DNA of 64,000 nucleotides from the human T2T-CHM13v2.0 reference genome, Homo sapiens: the NCBI RefSeq assembly GCF_009914755.1, contig NC_060933.1. The stretch is one strand, 5' to 3'. The position numbers and the translations under genes were made by a program. The notes beneath the pieces are model-generated. The model was not told where the DNA came from and ran no database searches. It saw only the letters and a list, made by a program, of their open reading frames with translations. Position 1 is the stretch's first letter. Each line of letters starts with the position of its first letter. This document shows positions 1-14,700 of the stretch, piece after piece.

Positions 1-663
1 GAATACATTGGAATCAACCCGAGTGGAATGGAATAGAAAGGACTGGAATGGAATGGAATGGAATGGAACGGAATGGAATGGAATCAACTCGATTGGAATG
101 GAATGGAATGGAATGGAATGGAATGGAATGGAATGGAATTAACCCGAATAGAATGGAATGGAATGGAATGGAACGGAACGGAACGGAACGGAATGGAATG
201 GAATGGAAACAACCCGACTGCAGGGGAATGGAATGGAATGGAATGCAATGGAATGGATTCAACTTGAATGGAATGGAAACAATGGAATCAACACGAGTGG
301 AATGGCATGGATTGGAATGGAATGGAATGGAATCAACCCGAGTACAGGGGAATGGAATGGAATGGAATGCAATGGAATGGAATCATCCGTAATGGAAGGG
401 AAAGGAAAGGAATGGAATGGAATGGAATGGAATGGAATGGAATGGAATCAAATCGATTGCAACCGAATGGAATGGAATGGAATTAACCCGAATAGAATGG
501 AATGGAATGGAATGGAACGGAACGGAACGGAATGGAATGGATTGGAATGGAATGGAATGGAACGGAAAGGAATGGAATGGAAAGGAATGGAATGGAATGG
601 AATGGAATGGAATGGAATCAACGCGAGTGCAGGGGAATGGAATGGAATGGAATGCAATGGAAT

Positions 664-678
664 GGAATCTTCCGGAAT
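664..678. promoter_or_regulatory. Perfect 3-unit heat-shock element gGAAt-cTTCc-gGAAt (representative of ~49 copies)
   Basis: GGAATCTTCCGGAAT matches the canonical nGAAnnTTCnnGAAn exactly. The motif match is direct; HSF1 occupancy is not shown. Confidence 0.6.
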
Positions 679-743
679 GGAATGGAATGGAATGGAATAA
701 ACCCGAGTGCAATGGAATGGAGTGGAATGGAATGGAATGGAAT

Positions 744-812
744 GGAACAACCCGAATGGAATGGAATGTAATGGAGAGTAAGGGAGTTGAATAGAGTCAA
801 TCCGAATGTAAT
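744..812 (+). repeat. Module B (GGAACAACCCGAAT...GGAGAGTAAGGGAGTTGAATAGAATCAATCCGAAT), representative copy; ~47 copies
   Basis: GGAGAGTAAGG landmark at ~773, 1686, 4247, 5040, 7163, 8277 ... 62228, 63226. It carries a fixed 1-nt deletion (GGAA-CAACC). Confidence 0.9.
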
Positions 813-892
813 GGTATGGAATGGAACGGAATGGAATTGAATGGAATGGAATGGAATGCAATGGAATGGAATCAACCCGAGTTCAATGGAAT

Positions 893-987
893 GGAGAGGA
901 ATGGAATGGAATGGAATGGAAACTACCCGAATGAAATGGAATGTAATGGAGTGTAAGGGAATTGAATAGAATCAATCCGAATGTAAT
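893..987 (+). repeat. Module C (GGAGAGG...GGAAACTACCCGAAT...GGAGTGTAAGGGAATTGAATAGAATCAATCC), paralog of module B; C' variant with CAACCAGAATGGATTGGAATATAAT
   Basis: Aligns position-for-position with module B and usually follows it by ~170-280 bp. The C' variant occurs at ~2611, 5524, 7658, 23974, 31599, 33787, 38885. Confidence 0.85.
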
Positions 988-1069
988 GGAATGGAATGGA
1001 ACGGAATGGAATGAAATGGAATGGAATGGAATGGAATGGAATGGAATGGAATGGAATGCAATGGAATGG

Positions 1070-1216
1070 AATCAACCCGAGTGCAATCGAATGGAATCGA
1101 ATGGAAAGGAATGCAATGGAATGGATTCAACTTGAATGGAATGGAAAGAATGGAATCAACACGAGTGGAATGGCATGGATTGGAATGGAATGGAATGGAA
1201 TCAACCCGAGTACAGG
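1070..1216 (+). repeat. Module A (pHuR98-like block), representative copy; ~36 copies of its GGATTCAACTTGA core in the window
   Basis: The core GGATTCAACTTGAATGGAATGGAAAGAATGGAATCAACACGAGTGGAATGGCATGGATT recurs at ~255, 1123, 2801, 3704, 4522, 9655, 12461, 14691 ... 62698, 63556. It contains a fixed 1-nt deletion (GGAAA-GAAT). Confidence 0.9.
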
Positions 1217-1325
1217 GGAATGGAATGGAATGGAATGCAATGGAATTGAATGGAATGCAATGGAATGGAATCATCCGTAATGGAATGGAAAGGAATGGAA
1301 TGGAATGGAATGGAATGGAATCAAC

Positions 1326-1339
1326 TCGATTGCAATCGA
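1326..1339. other. Perfect 14-bp palindrome TCGATTGCAATCGA (representative of ~28 copies)
   Basis: Self-reverse-complementary. Other copies at ~4715, 6043, 8800, 9838, 10706, 12669 ... 57657, 61243, 62886. Confidence 0.9.
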
Positions 1340-3408
1340 ATGGAATGGAATGGAATTAACCCGAATAGAATGGAATGGAATGGAATGGAACGGAACGGAA
1401 CGGAACGCAGTGGAATGGAATGGAATGGAATTGTATGGAATGGAATGGCATGGTACGGAATAGAATGGAATGGAAAGAATTGGAATGGAATGGAATCGAA
1501 TGGAATGGAAAGGAATGGAATGGAATCAACCCGAGTACAGGGGAATGTAATGGAACGGAATGCAATGGAATGGAATCATCCGGAATGGAATGGAATGGAA
1601 TGGAATGGAGTCAACCCGAGTGCAATGGAATGGAGTGGAATGGAATGGAATGGAATGGAACAACCCGAATGGAATGGAATGTAATGGAGAGTAAGGGAGT
1701 TGAAAAGAATCAATCCGAACGTAATGGAATGGAATGGAACGGAATGGAATGGAATGGAATGGAATGGAATGGAATGGAATGCAATGGAATGGAATCAACC
1801 CGAGTACAATGGAATGGAATGGAATGGAATGGAATGGAATGGAATGGAATGCAATGGAATGGAATCTTCCGGAATGGAATGGAATGGAATGGAATGGAAT
1901 GGAATGGAATGGTTTCAGCTCGATTGCAATGGAATGAAATAGAATGGAATGGAATGGAATGGAATGGAATGGAATGGAATGGAATGGAATGGAATTAAAC
2001 CGAATAGAATGGAATGGAATGGAATGGAACGGAACAGAACGGAACGGAAAGGAAAGGAGTGGAATGGAATGGAATGGAATTGTATGGAATGGAATGGAAT
2101 GGTACGGAATAGAATGGAATGGAAAGAATTGGAATGGAATGGAATCGAATGGAATGGAATGGAATGGAATGGAATGGAATGGAATGGAATGCAATGGAAT
2201 GGAATCAACCCGAGTACAATGGAACGGAATGGAATGGAATGTAATGTAATAGAATGGAATGGAGTGGAATGGAATGGAATCAAACCGAGTGCAATGGAAT
2301 GGAGAGGAATGGAATGGAATGGAATGGAAACTACCCGAATGGAATGGAATGTAATGGAGTGTAAGGGAATTGAATAGAATCAATCCGAATGGAATGGAAT
2401 GGAATGGAACGGAATGTAATGTAATGGAATGGAATGGAATCAACCCGAGTGCAGGGGAATGGAATGGAATGGAATGCAATGGAATGGAATCATCCGGAAT
2501 GGAATGGAATGGAATGAAATGGAATGGAATGGAATGCAATGGAATGGAATGGAATGGAAACAACCCGAGTGCAATGGAATGGAGTGAAATGGAATGGAAT
2601 GGAATGGAGACAACCAGAATGGATTGGAATATAATGGAGTGTAAGGGAATTGAATAGAATAAATCTCAATGTAATGAAATGGAATGGAACGGAATGGAAT
2701 GGAATGGAATGGAATGGAATGGAATGGAATGGAATGCAATGCAATGGAATCAACCCGAGTGCAATCGAATGGAATCGAATGGAGTGGAATGCAATGGAAT
2801 GGATTCAACTTGAATGGAATGGAAAGAATGGAATCAACACGAGTGGAATGGCATGGATTGGAATGGAATGGAATGGAATCAACCCGAGTATAGGGGAATG
2901 GAATGGAATGGAATGCAATGGAATGGAATCATCCGTACTGGAATGGAAAGGAATGCAATGGAATGGAATGGAATGATACGGAATAGAATGGAATGGAACG
3001 AAATGGAATGGAATGGAATGGAATGGAATGGAATGGAATGGAATGGAATGGAATGGAATCGTTCCTAGTGGAATAGGAGGGAATGTATTCGTGTGGAATG
3101 GAAAGGAATGGAATCAACCAGAGTGGAATGGAAGCGAATGGAATGGAAAGGAAACTAATAGAATGGAGTCAACCCGAGAGGAATGGAATGGAAAGGACTG
3201 CAATGGAATGGAATGGAATGGAATCAACTCGATTGTAATGGAATGGAATGGAATGGAATGGAATGGAATTAACCCGAATACAATGGAATGGAATGGAATG
3301 GAACGGAATGGAGTGGAAAGAATGGAATCAACCCGAGTGCAGGGGAATGGAATGGAATGCAATGCCATGGAATGGAATCATCCGGAATGGAATGGAATGG
3401 AATGGAAT

Positions 3409-3672
3409 GCAAAGCAATGGAATCAACTCGATTGCAATGGAATGGAATGGAAAGGAATACATTGGAATCAACCCGAGTGGAATGGAATGGAAAGGACTGG
3501 AATGGAGTGGAATGGAATGGAATGGAATGGAATGGAATCAACTCGATTGGAATGGAATGGAATGGAAAGGAATGGAATGGAATTAACCCGAATAGAATGG
3601 AATGGAATGGAATGGAACGGAACGGAATGGAATGGAATGGAATGGAATGGAATGGAAACAACCCGACTGCAG
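3409..3672 (+). repeat. Module E (GCAAAGCAAT...GGAATACATT...GGACT) ending in the PstI-bearing CAACCCGACTGCAGGGG, representative copy
   Basis: GAATACATT or a close variant at ~1, 3455, 12132/12222, 18977, 23525, 28960, 37143, 43863, 48674, 53451, 56616, 62439. It is nearly always followed ~200 bp later by CTGCAG (218, 3667, 12424, 19199, 29172, 37360, 44080, 48895, 53668, 56833, 62661). Confidence 0.85.
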
Positions 3673-6600
3673 GGGAATGGAATGGAATGGAATGCAATGG
3701 AATGGATTCAACTTGAATGGAATGGAAAGAATGGAATCACCACGAGTGGAACGGCATGGATTGGAATGGAATGGAATGGAATCAACCCGAGTACAGGGGA
3801 ATGGAAGGGAATGGAATGCAATGGATTGGAATCATCCGTAATGGAATGGAAAGGAATGGAAAGGAATGGAATGGAATGGCATGGAATGGAATGGAATGGA
3901 ATCAACTCGATAGCAATCGAATGGAATGGAATGGAATTAACCCGAATAGAATGGAATGGAATGGAATGGAACGGAACGGAACGGAATGGAATGGATTGGA
4001 ATGGAATGGAATGGAATGGAACGGAAAGGAATGGAATGGAATGGAATGGAATGGAATGGAATGGAATCAACGCGAGTGCAGGGGAATGGAATGGAATGGA
4101 ATGCAATGGAATGGAATCTTCCGGAATGGAATGGAATGGAATGGAATGGAATGGAATGGAATGGAATGGAATAAACCCGAGTGCAATGGAATGGAGTGGA
4201 ATGGAATGGAATGGAATGGAACAACCCGAATGGAATGGAATGTAATGGAGAGTAAGGGAGTTGAATAGAATCAATCCGAATGTAATGGAATGGAATGGAA
4301 CGGAATGGAATTGAATGGATTGGAATGGAATGCAATGTAATGGAATCAACCCGAGTTCAATGGAATGGAGAGGAATGAAATGGAATGGAATGGAAACTAC
4401 CCGAATGCAATGGAATATAATGGATTGTAAGGGAATTGAATAGAATCAATCCGAATGTAATGGAATGGAATGGAACGGAACGGAATGGAATGGAATGGAA
4501 TGGAATGGAATGCAATGGAATGGATTCAACTTGAATGGAATGGAAAGAATGGAATCAACACGTGTGGAATGGCATGGATTGGAATGGAATTGAATGGAAT
4601 CAACCCGAGTACAGGGGAATGGAATGGAATGGAATGCAATGGAATGGAATCATCCGTAATGGAATGGAATGGAAAGGAATGCAATGGAATGGAATAGAGT
4701 GGAATGGAATCAACTCGATTGCAATCGAATGGAATGGAATGGAATTAACCCGAATAGAATGGAATGCAATGGAATGGAACGGAACGGAATGGAATGGAAT
4801 GGAATGGAATGGAATGGAATGGAACGGAAAGGAAGGGAATGGAATGGAATAGAATGGAATGGAATGGAATCAACGCGAGTGCAGGGGAATGGAATGGAAT
4901 GGAATGCAATGGAATGGAATCTTCCGGAATGGAATGGAATGGAATGGAATGGAATGGAATGGAATCAAACCGAGCACAATGGAATGGAGGGGAATGGAAT
5001 GGAATGGAATGGAACAACCCGAATGGAATGGAATGTAATGGAGAGTAAGGGAGTTGAATAGAATCAATCCGAATGTAATGGAATGGAACGGAATGGAATG
5101 GAATGGAATGGAATGGAATGGAATGCAATGGAATGGAATCAACCCGAGTACAATGGAACGGAATGGAATGGAATGTAATGTAATCGAATGGAATGGAATG
5201 GAATGGAATGGAATCAACCCGAGTGCAATGGAATGGAGACGAATGGAATGGAATGGAATGGAAACTACCCGAATGGAATGGAATGTAATGGAGTGTAAGG
5301 GAATTGAATAGAATCAATCCGAATGGAATGGAATGGAATGGAACGGAATGTAATGTAATGGAATGGAATGGAATCAACCCGAGTGCAGGGGAATGGAATG
5401 GAATGGAATGCAATGGAATGGAATCATCCGGAATGGAATGGAATGGAATGCAATGGAATGGAATGGAATGGAATCAACCGAGTGCAATGGAATGGAGTGA
5501 AATGGAATGGAATGGAATGGAGACAACAAGAATAGATTGGAATATAATGGAGTGTAAGGGAATTGAATAGAATCAATCTGAATGTAATGAAATGGAATGG
5601 AATGGAATGGAATGGAATGGAATGCAATGGAATGGAATCAACCCGAGTATAGGGGAATGGAATGGAATGGAATGCAATGGAATGGAATCATCCGTAATGG
5701 AATGGAAAGGAATGGAATGGAATGGAATGGAATGGAATGGAATGGAATGGAATGATACGGAATAGAATGGAATGGAATGGAATGGAATGGAATGGAATGG
5801 AATGGAATGGAATGGAATGGAATCATTCCGAGTGGAATAGGATGGAATGTATTCGAGTGGAATGGAAAGGAGTGGAATCAACCAGAGTGGAATGGAAGGG
5901 AATGGAATGGAATGGAAACTAATAGAATGGAATCAACCCGAGAGGAATGGAATGGAAAGGACTGGAATGGAATGGAATGGAATGGAATCAACTCGATTGT
6001 AATGGAATGGAATGGAATGGAATGGAATGGAATGGAATCAACTCGATTGCAATCGAATGGAATGGAATGGAATTAACCCGAATAGAATGGAATGGAATGG
6101 AATGGAACGGAACGGAATGGAATGGAATGGAATTGAATGGAATGGAACGGAAAGGAAGGGAATGGAATGGAATAGAATGGAATGGAATGGAATCAACGCG
6201 AGTGCAGGGGAATTGAATGGAATGGAATGCAATGGAATGGAATCTTCCGGAATGGAATGGAATGGAATGGAATGGAATGGAATGGAATGGAATGCAATGG
6301 AATGGAATCAACCCGAGTACAATGGAATGGAATGGAATGGAATGGAATGGAATGGAATGGAATGATACGGAATAGAATGGAATGGAACGAAATGGAATGG
6401 AATGTAATGGAAAGGAATGGAATGGAATGGAATGGAATCGTTCCGAGTGGAATAGGAGGGAATGTATTCGAGTGGAATGGAAAGGAATGGAATCAACCAG
6501 ACTGGAATGGAAGGGAATGGAATGGAATGGAAACTAATAGAATGGAATCAACCCGAGAGGAATGGAATGGAAAGGACTGGAATGGAATGGAATGGAATGG

Positions 6601-9600
6601 AATCAACTCGTTTGTAATGGAATGGAATGGAATGGAATGGAATGGAATGGAATTAACCCGAATACAATGCAATGGAATGGAATGGAACGGAATGGAGTGG
6701 AATGGAATGGAATCAACCCGAGTGCAGGGGAATGGAATGGAATGGAATGTAATGCAATGGATTCAAATCGATTGCAATGGAATGGAATAGAATGGAATGG
6801 AATGGAATGGAATGGAATTAAACCGAATAGAATGGAATGGAATGGAATGGAACGCAACAGAACGGAACGGAACGGAACGGAGTGGAATGGAATGGAATGG
6901 AATTGTATGGAATGGAATGGAATGGTACGGAATAGAATGGAATGGAAAGAATTGGAATGGAATGGAATCGAATGGAATGGAATGGAATGGAATGGAATGA
7001 ACCCGAGTGCAGGGGAATGTAATGGAACGGAATGCAATGGAATGGAATCATCCGGAATGGAATGGAATGGAATGGAATGGAATGGAATCAACCCGAGCGC
7101 AATGGAATGGAGTGGAATGGAATGGAATGGAATGGAACAACCCGAATGGAATGGAATGTAATGGAGAGTAAGGGAGTTGAATAGAATCAATCCGAATGTA
7201 ATGGAATGGAATGGAATGGAACGGAATGGAATGGAATGGAATGGAATGGAATGCAATGGAATGGAATCAACCCGAGTACAATGGAATGGAAAGTAATGTA
7301 ATGTAATGGAATGGAATGGAATGGAATGGAATGGAATGGAATGGAATCAACTTGAGTACAATCGAATGGAGAGGAATGGAATGGAATGGAATGGAAACTA
7401 CCCGAATGGAATGGAATGTAATGGAGTGTAAGGGAATTGAATAGAATCAATCCGAATGGAATGGAATGGAATGGAACGGAATGTAATGTAATGGAATGGA
7501 ATGGAATCAACCCGAGTGCAGGTGAATGGAATGGAATGGAATGCAATGGAATGGAATCATCCGGAATGTAATGTAATGTAATGGAATGGAATGGAATGGA
7601 ATGGAATCAACCCGAGTGCAATGGAATGGAGTGAAATGGAATGGAATGGAATGCAGACAACCAGAATGGATTGGAATATAATGGAGTGTAAGGGAATTGA
7701 ATAGAATCAATCTGAATGTAATGAAATGGAATGGAACGGAATGGAATGGAATGGAATGGAATGGAATGGAATGCAATGGAATGGAATCAACCCGAGTGCA
7801 ATCGAATGGAATCGAATGGAATGGAATGCAATGGAATGGAATGGAATGGAATCAACCCGAGTATAGGGGAAAGGAATGGTATGGAATGCAATGGAATGGA
7901 ATCATCCGTAATGGAATGGAAAGGAATGGAATGGAATGGAATGGAATGGAATGGAATCAAGTCGATTGCAATCAAATGGAATGGAATGGAATTAACCCGA
8001 ATAGAATGGAATGGAATGGAATGGAACGGAACGGAATGGAATGGAATGGAATGGAATGGAACGGAAAGGAAGGGAATGGAATGGAATAGAATGGAATGGA
8101 ATGGAATCAACGGGAGTGCAGGGGAATGGAATGGAATGGAATGCAATGGAATGGAATCTTCCGGAATGGAATGGACTGGAATGGAATGGAATGGAATGGA
8201 ATCAACCCGAGTGCAATGGAATGGAGTGGAATGGAATGGAATGGAATGGAACAACCCGAATGGAATGGAATGGAATGGAGAGTAAGGGAGTTGAATAGAA
8301 TCAATCCGAATGTAATGGAATGGAATGGAACGGAATGGAATTGAATGGAATGGAATGCAATGCAATGGAATGGAATCAACCCGAGTGCAATGGAATGGAG
8401 AGGAATGGAATGGAATGGAATGGAAACTACCCGAATGGAATGGAATGTAATGGAGTGTAAGGGAATTGAATAGAATAAATTCGAATGTAATGGAATGGAA
8501 TGGAACGGAATGGAATGGAATGGAATGGAATGCAATGGAATGGAATCAACCCGAGTGCAATCGAATGGAATCAAATGGAATGGAATGCAATGGAATGGAA
8601 TCAACTTGAATGGAATGGAAAAAATGGAATCAACACGAGTGGAATGGCATGGATTGGAATGGAATGGAATGGAATCAACCCGAGTACAGGGGAATGGAAT
8701 GGAATGGAATGCAATGGAATGGAATCATCCGTAATGGAATGGAAAGGAATGGAATGGAATGGAATGGAATGGAATGGAATGGAATGGAATGGAATCAACT
8801 CGATTGCAATCGAATGGAATGGAATGGAATTAACCCGAAAAGAATGGAATGGAATGGAATGGAACGGAACGGAACGGAATGGAATGGAATGGAACGGAAA
8901 GGAATGGAATGGAATGGAATGGAATGGAATGGAATGGAATCAAAGCGAGTGCAGGGGAATGGAATGGAATGGAATGCAATGGAATGTAAACTTCCGGAAT
9001 GGAATGGAATGGAATGGAATGGAATTAAATGCAATGGATTCAACTCGATTGCAATGGAAAGGAATAGAATGGAATGGAATGGAATGGAATGGAATTAATC
9101 CGAATAGAATGGAATGGAATGGAATGGAAAGGAATGGAACGGAATGGAAAGGAATGGAATGGAATGGAATGGAATGGAATGCAATGGAATGGAATCAACC
9201 CGAGTACAATGGAATGGAATGGAATGGAATGGAATGGTATGGAATAAACCCGAGTGCAATAGAATGGAGTGGAATGGAATGGAATGGAATGGAACAACCC
9301 GAATGGAATGGAATGGAATGGAGAGTAAGGGAGTTGAATAGAATCAATCCGAATATAATGGAATGGAATGGAACGGAATTGAATGGAATGGAATGGAATG
9401 GAATGCAATGGAATGGAATCAACCCGAGTTCAATGAAATGGAGAGGAATGGAATGGAATGGAATGGAAACTACCCGAATGCAATGGAATGTAATGGAGTG
9501 TAAGGGAATTGAATAGAATCAATCCGAATGTAATGGAATGGAATGGAACGGAATGGAATGGAATGGAATGGAATGGAATGGAATGGAATGCAATGGAATG

Positions 9601-11485
9601 GAATCAACCCGAGTGCAATCGAATGGAATCGAATGGAATGGAATGCAATGGAATGGATTCAACTTGAATGGAATGGAAAGAATGGAATCAACACGAGTGG
9701 AATGACATGGATTGGAATGGAATGGAATGGAATCAACCCGAGTACAGGGGAATGGAATGGAATGGAATGCAATGGAATGGAATCATCCGTAATGGAATGG
9801 AATGGAATGGAATGGAATGGAATGGAATGGAATCAACTCGATTGCAATCGAATGGAATGGAATGGAATTAACCCGAATAGAATGGAATGGAATGCAATGG
9901 AACGGAACGGAATGGAATGGAATGTAATGGAATGGAACGGAAAGGAAGGGAATGGAATGGAATAGAATGGAATGGAATGGAATCAACGCGAGTGCAGGGG
10001 AATGGAATGGAATGGAATGCAATGGAATGGAATCTTCCGGAATGGAATGGAATGGAATGGAATGGAATGGAATGGAATGGAATCAACCCGAGTGCAATGG
10101 AATGGAGTGGAATGGAATGGAATGGAATGGAACAACCCGAATGGAATGGAATGTAATGGAGAGTAAGGGAGTTGAATAGAATCAATCCGAATGTAATGGA
10201 ATGGAATGGAACGTAATGGAATTGAATGGAATGGAATGGAATGCAATGGAATGGAATCAACCCGAGTGCAATGGAATCGAGAGGAATGGAATGGAATGCA
10301 ATGGATACTACCCGAATGGAATGGAATGTAATGGAGTGTAAGGGAATTGAATAGAATCAATGCGAATGTAATGGAATGGAATGGAACGGAATGGAATGGA
10401 ATGGAATGGAATGGAATGGAATGGAATGGAATGCAATGGAATGGAATCAACCCGAGTGCAATCGAAAGGAATCGAATGGAATGGAATGCAATGGAATGGA
10501 ATCAACTTGAATGGAATGGAAAGAATGGAATCAACACGAGTGGAATGGCATGGATTGGAATGGAATGGAATGGAATCAACCCGAGTACAGGGGAATGGAA
10601 TGGAATGGAATGCAATGGAATGGAATCATCCGTAATGGAATGGAAAGGAATGGAATGGAATGGAATGGAATAGAATGGAATGGAATGGAATGGAATGGAA
10701 TCAACTCGATTGCAATCGAATGGAATGGAATGGAATTAACCCGAATAGAATGGAATGGAATGGAATGGAACGGAACGGAATGGAATGGAATGGAATGGAA
10801 CGGAACGGAATGGAATGGAATGGAATGGAATGGAATCAACTCGAGTGCAGGGGAATGGAATGGAATGGAATGCAATGGAATGGAAACTTCCGGAATGGAA
10901 TGGAATGGAATGGAATGGAATGGAATGAAATGCAATGGATTGAACTCGATTGCAATGGAATGGAATAGAATGGAATGAAATGGAATGGAATGCAATTAAT
11001 CCGAATAGAATGCAATGGAATGGAATGGAACGGAATGGAACGGAATGGAATGGGATGGAATGGAATGGAATGGTATGGAATGGAATGGAATGGTACGGAA
11101 TAGAATGGAATGGAAAGAATTGTAATGGAATGGAATTGAATGGAATGGAATGGAATGGAATGGAATCAACGCGAGTGCAGGGGAATGTAATGGAACGGAA
11201 TGCAATGGAATGGAATCATCCGGAATGGAATGGAATGGAATGGAATCAACCCGAGTGCAATGGAATGGAGTGGAATGGAATGGAATGGAATGGAACAACC
11301 CGAATGGAATGGAATGTAATGGAGAGTAAGGGAGTTGAATAGAATCAATCCGAATGTAATGGAATGGAATGCAACGGAATGGAATGGAATGGAATGGAAT
11401 GGAATGCAATGGAATGGAATCAACCCGAGTACAATGGAATGGAATGGAATGGAATGGAATGGAATGGAATCGAATGGAATGGAAT

Positions 11486-11700
11486 GATACGGAATAGAAT
11501 GGAATGGAACGAAATGGAATTGAATGGAAAGGAATGGAATGGAATGGAATGGAATCGTTCCGAGTGGAATAGGAGGGAATGTATTCGAGTGGAATGGAAA
11601 GGAATGGAATCAAACAGAGTGGAATGGAAGGGAATGGAATGGAACGGAAACTAATAGAATGGAATCAACCCGAGTGGAATGGAATGGGAAGGACTGGAAT
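11486..11700 (+). repeat. Module D (GATACGG...CGTTCCGAGTGGAATAGGAGGGAATGTATTCGAGT...CAACCAGAGT...GGAAACTAATAGAAT), representative copy; ~21 copies
   Basis: CGTTCCGAGTGGAATAGGAGGG landmark or a close variant at ~3060, 5824, 6439, 11556, 13737, 16827, 18561, 21207, 21727, 23115, 25929, 28574, 34984, 36742, 40617, 43462, 46181, 48267, 53010, 56180, 58458. Confidence 0.9.
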
Positions 11701-14700
11701 GGAATGGAATGGAATGGAATCAACTCGTTTGTAATGGAATGGAATGGAATGCAATGGAATGGAATGGAATGGAATTAACCCGAATACAATGGAAGGGAAT
11801 GGAATGGAATGGAAACTAATAGAATGGAATCAACCCGAGTGGAATGGAATGGAAAGGACTGGAATGGAATGGAATGGAATGGAATCAATTCGATTGTAAT
11901 GGAATGGAATGGAATGGAATGGAATGGAATGGAATGGAATTAACCCGAATACAATAGAATGGAATGGAATGCAATGGAATGGAGTGGAATAGAATGGAAT
12001 CAACCCTAGTGCAGGGGAATGGAATGCAATGGAATCCAATGGAATGGAATCATCCGGAATGGAATCGAATGGAATGGAATGCAAAGCAATGGAATCAACT
12101 CGATTGCAATGGAATGGAATGGAATGGAAAGGAATACATTGGAATGAACCCGAGTGGAATGGAATGGAATGCCAAGCAATGGAATCAACTCGATTGCAAT
12201 GGAATGGAATGGAATGGAAAGGAATACATTGGAATCAACCCGAGTGGAATGGAATGGAAAGGACTGGAATGGAGTGGAATGGAATGGAATGCAATGGAAT
12301 GGAATGGAATGGAATCAACTTGATTGGAATGGAATGGAATGGAATGGAATGGAATGGAATGGGATCAACTTGATTGGAATGGAATGGAATGGAATGGAAT
12401 GGAATGGAATGGAATCAACCCGACTGCAGGGGAATGGAATGGAATGGAATGCAATGGAATGGATTCAACTTGAATGGAATGGAAAGAATGGAATCAACAC
12501 GAGTGGAATGGCATGGATTGGAATGGAATGGAATGGAATCAACCCGAGTACAGGGGAATGGAATGGAATGCAATGCAATGGAATGGAATCATCCGTAATG
12601 GAATGGAAAGGAATGGAATGGAATGGAAAGGAATGGAATGGAATGGAATGGAATGGAATGGAATCAACTCGATTGCAATCGAATGGAATGGAATGGAATT
12701 AACCCGAATAGAATGGAATGGAATGGAATGGAACGGAACGGAATGGAATGGAATGGAATGGAATGGAACGGAACGGAACGGAATGGAATGGAATGGAATG
12801 GAATGGAATCAACGCGAGTGCAGGGGAATGGAATGGAATGGAATGCAATGGAATGGAATCTTCCGGAATGGAATGGAATGGAATGGAATGGAATGGAATG
12901 GTATGGAATAAACCCGAGTGCAATGGAATGGAGTGGAATGGAATGGAATGGAATGGAACAACCCGAATGGAATGGAATGCAATGGAGACTAAGCTAGTTG
13001 AATAGAATCAATCCGAATGTAATGGAATGGAATGGAACGGAAGGGAATTGAATGGAATGGAATGGAATGGAATGCAATGGAATGGAAACTTCCGGAATGG
13101 AATGGAATGGAATGGAATGGAATGAAATGCAATGGATTCAACTCGATTGCAATGGAATGGAATAGAATGGAATGGAATGGAATACAATGGAATGGAATGG
13201 AATGGAATGGAAATAATCCGAATAGAATGGAATGGAATGGAATGGAACGGAATGGAACGGAAAGGAATGGAATGGAACGGAATGGAATGGAATGGAATGG
13301 AATGGTATGGAATGGAATGGAATGGTACGGAATAGAATGGAATGGAACGAATTGTAATGGAATGGAATTGAATGGAATGGAATGGAATGGAATGGAATGG
13401 AATCAACGTGAGTGCAGGGGAATGTAATGGAACGAAATGCAATGGAATGGAATCATCCGGAATGGAATGGAATGCAATGGAATGGAATGGAATCAACCCG
13501 AGTGCAATGGAATGGAGTGGAATGGAATGGAATGGAATGGAAAACCCGAAGGGAATGGAATGTAATGGAGAGTAAGGGAGTTGAATAGAATCAATCCGAA
13601 CGTAATGGAATGGAACGCAACGGAATGGAATGGAATGGAATGGAATGGAATGGAATGGAATGGAATGATACGGAATAGAATGTAATGGAACGAAATGGAA
13701 TGGAATGGAATGGAATGGAATGGAATGGAATGGAATCGTTCCGAGTGGAATAGGAGGGAATGTATTCGAGTGGAATGGAAAGAAATGGAATCAACCAGAG
13801 TGGAATGGAAGGGAATGGAATGGAATGGAAACTAATAGAATGGAATCAACCCGAGTGGAATGGAATGGAAAGGACTGGAATGGAATGGAATGGAATGGCA
13901 TCAACTCGATTGTAATGGAATGGAATGGAATGGAATGGAATGGAATGGAATGGAATGGAATTAACCCGAATACAATGGAATGGAATGGAATGGAACGGAA
14001 TGGAGTGGAATGGAATGGAATCAACCCGAGTGCAGGGGAATGGAATGGAATGGAATGCAATGGAATGGAATCATCCAGAATGGAATGGAATGGAATGGAT
14101 TGCAAAGCAATGGAATCAACTCGATTGCAATGGAATGGAATGGAATGGAATGGAATGGAATCAACGCGAGTGCAGGGGAATGGAATGGAATGGAATGCAA
14201 TGGAATGGAATCTTCCGTAATGGAATGGAATTGAATGGAATGGAATGGAATGGAATGGAATAAACCCGAGTGCAATGGAATGGAGTGGAATGGAATGGAA
14301 TGGAATGGAATAACCCGAATGGAATGGAATGTAATGGAGACTAAGGGAGTTGAATAGAATCAATCCGAATGTAATGGAATGGAATGGAACGGAATGGAAT
14401 TGAATGGAATGGAATGGGATGCAATGGAATGGAATCAACCCGAGTGCAATGGAATGGAGAGGAATGGAATGGAATGGAATGGAAACTACCCGAATGGAAT
14501 GGAATGTAATGGAGTGTAAGGGAATTGAATAGAATCAATCCGAATGTAATGGAATGGAATGGAACGGAATGGAATGGAAGGGAATGGAATGGAATGGAAT
14601 GGAATGGAATGGAATGGAATGGAATGCAATGGAATGGAATCAACCCGAGTGCAATCGAATGGAATCGAATGGAATGGAATGCAATGGAATGGATTCAACT

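Noticed and set aside
629-640. GCAGGGGAAT tracts as G-quadruplex motifs
   Set aside because: These are isolated single GGGG runs spaced >100 bp apart, not four clustered G3+ tracts.
1329-1336. ATTGCAAT as a C/EBP site; GAATCAATC as a DUX4 site
   Set aside because: ATTGCAAT lacks the two central bases of the canonical ATTGCGCAAT. The B/C motif lacks the TAA half of the DUX4 consensus.
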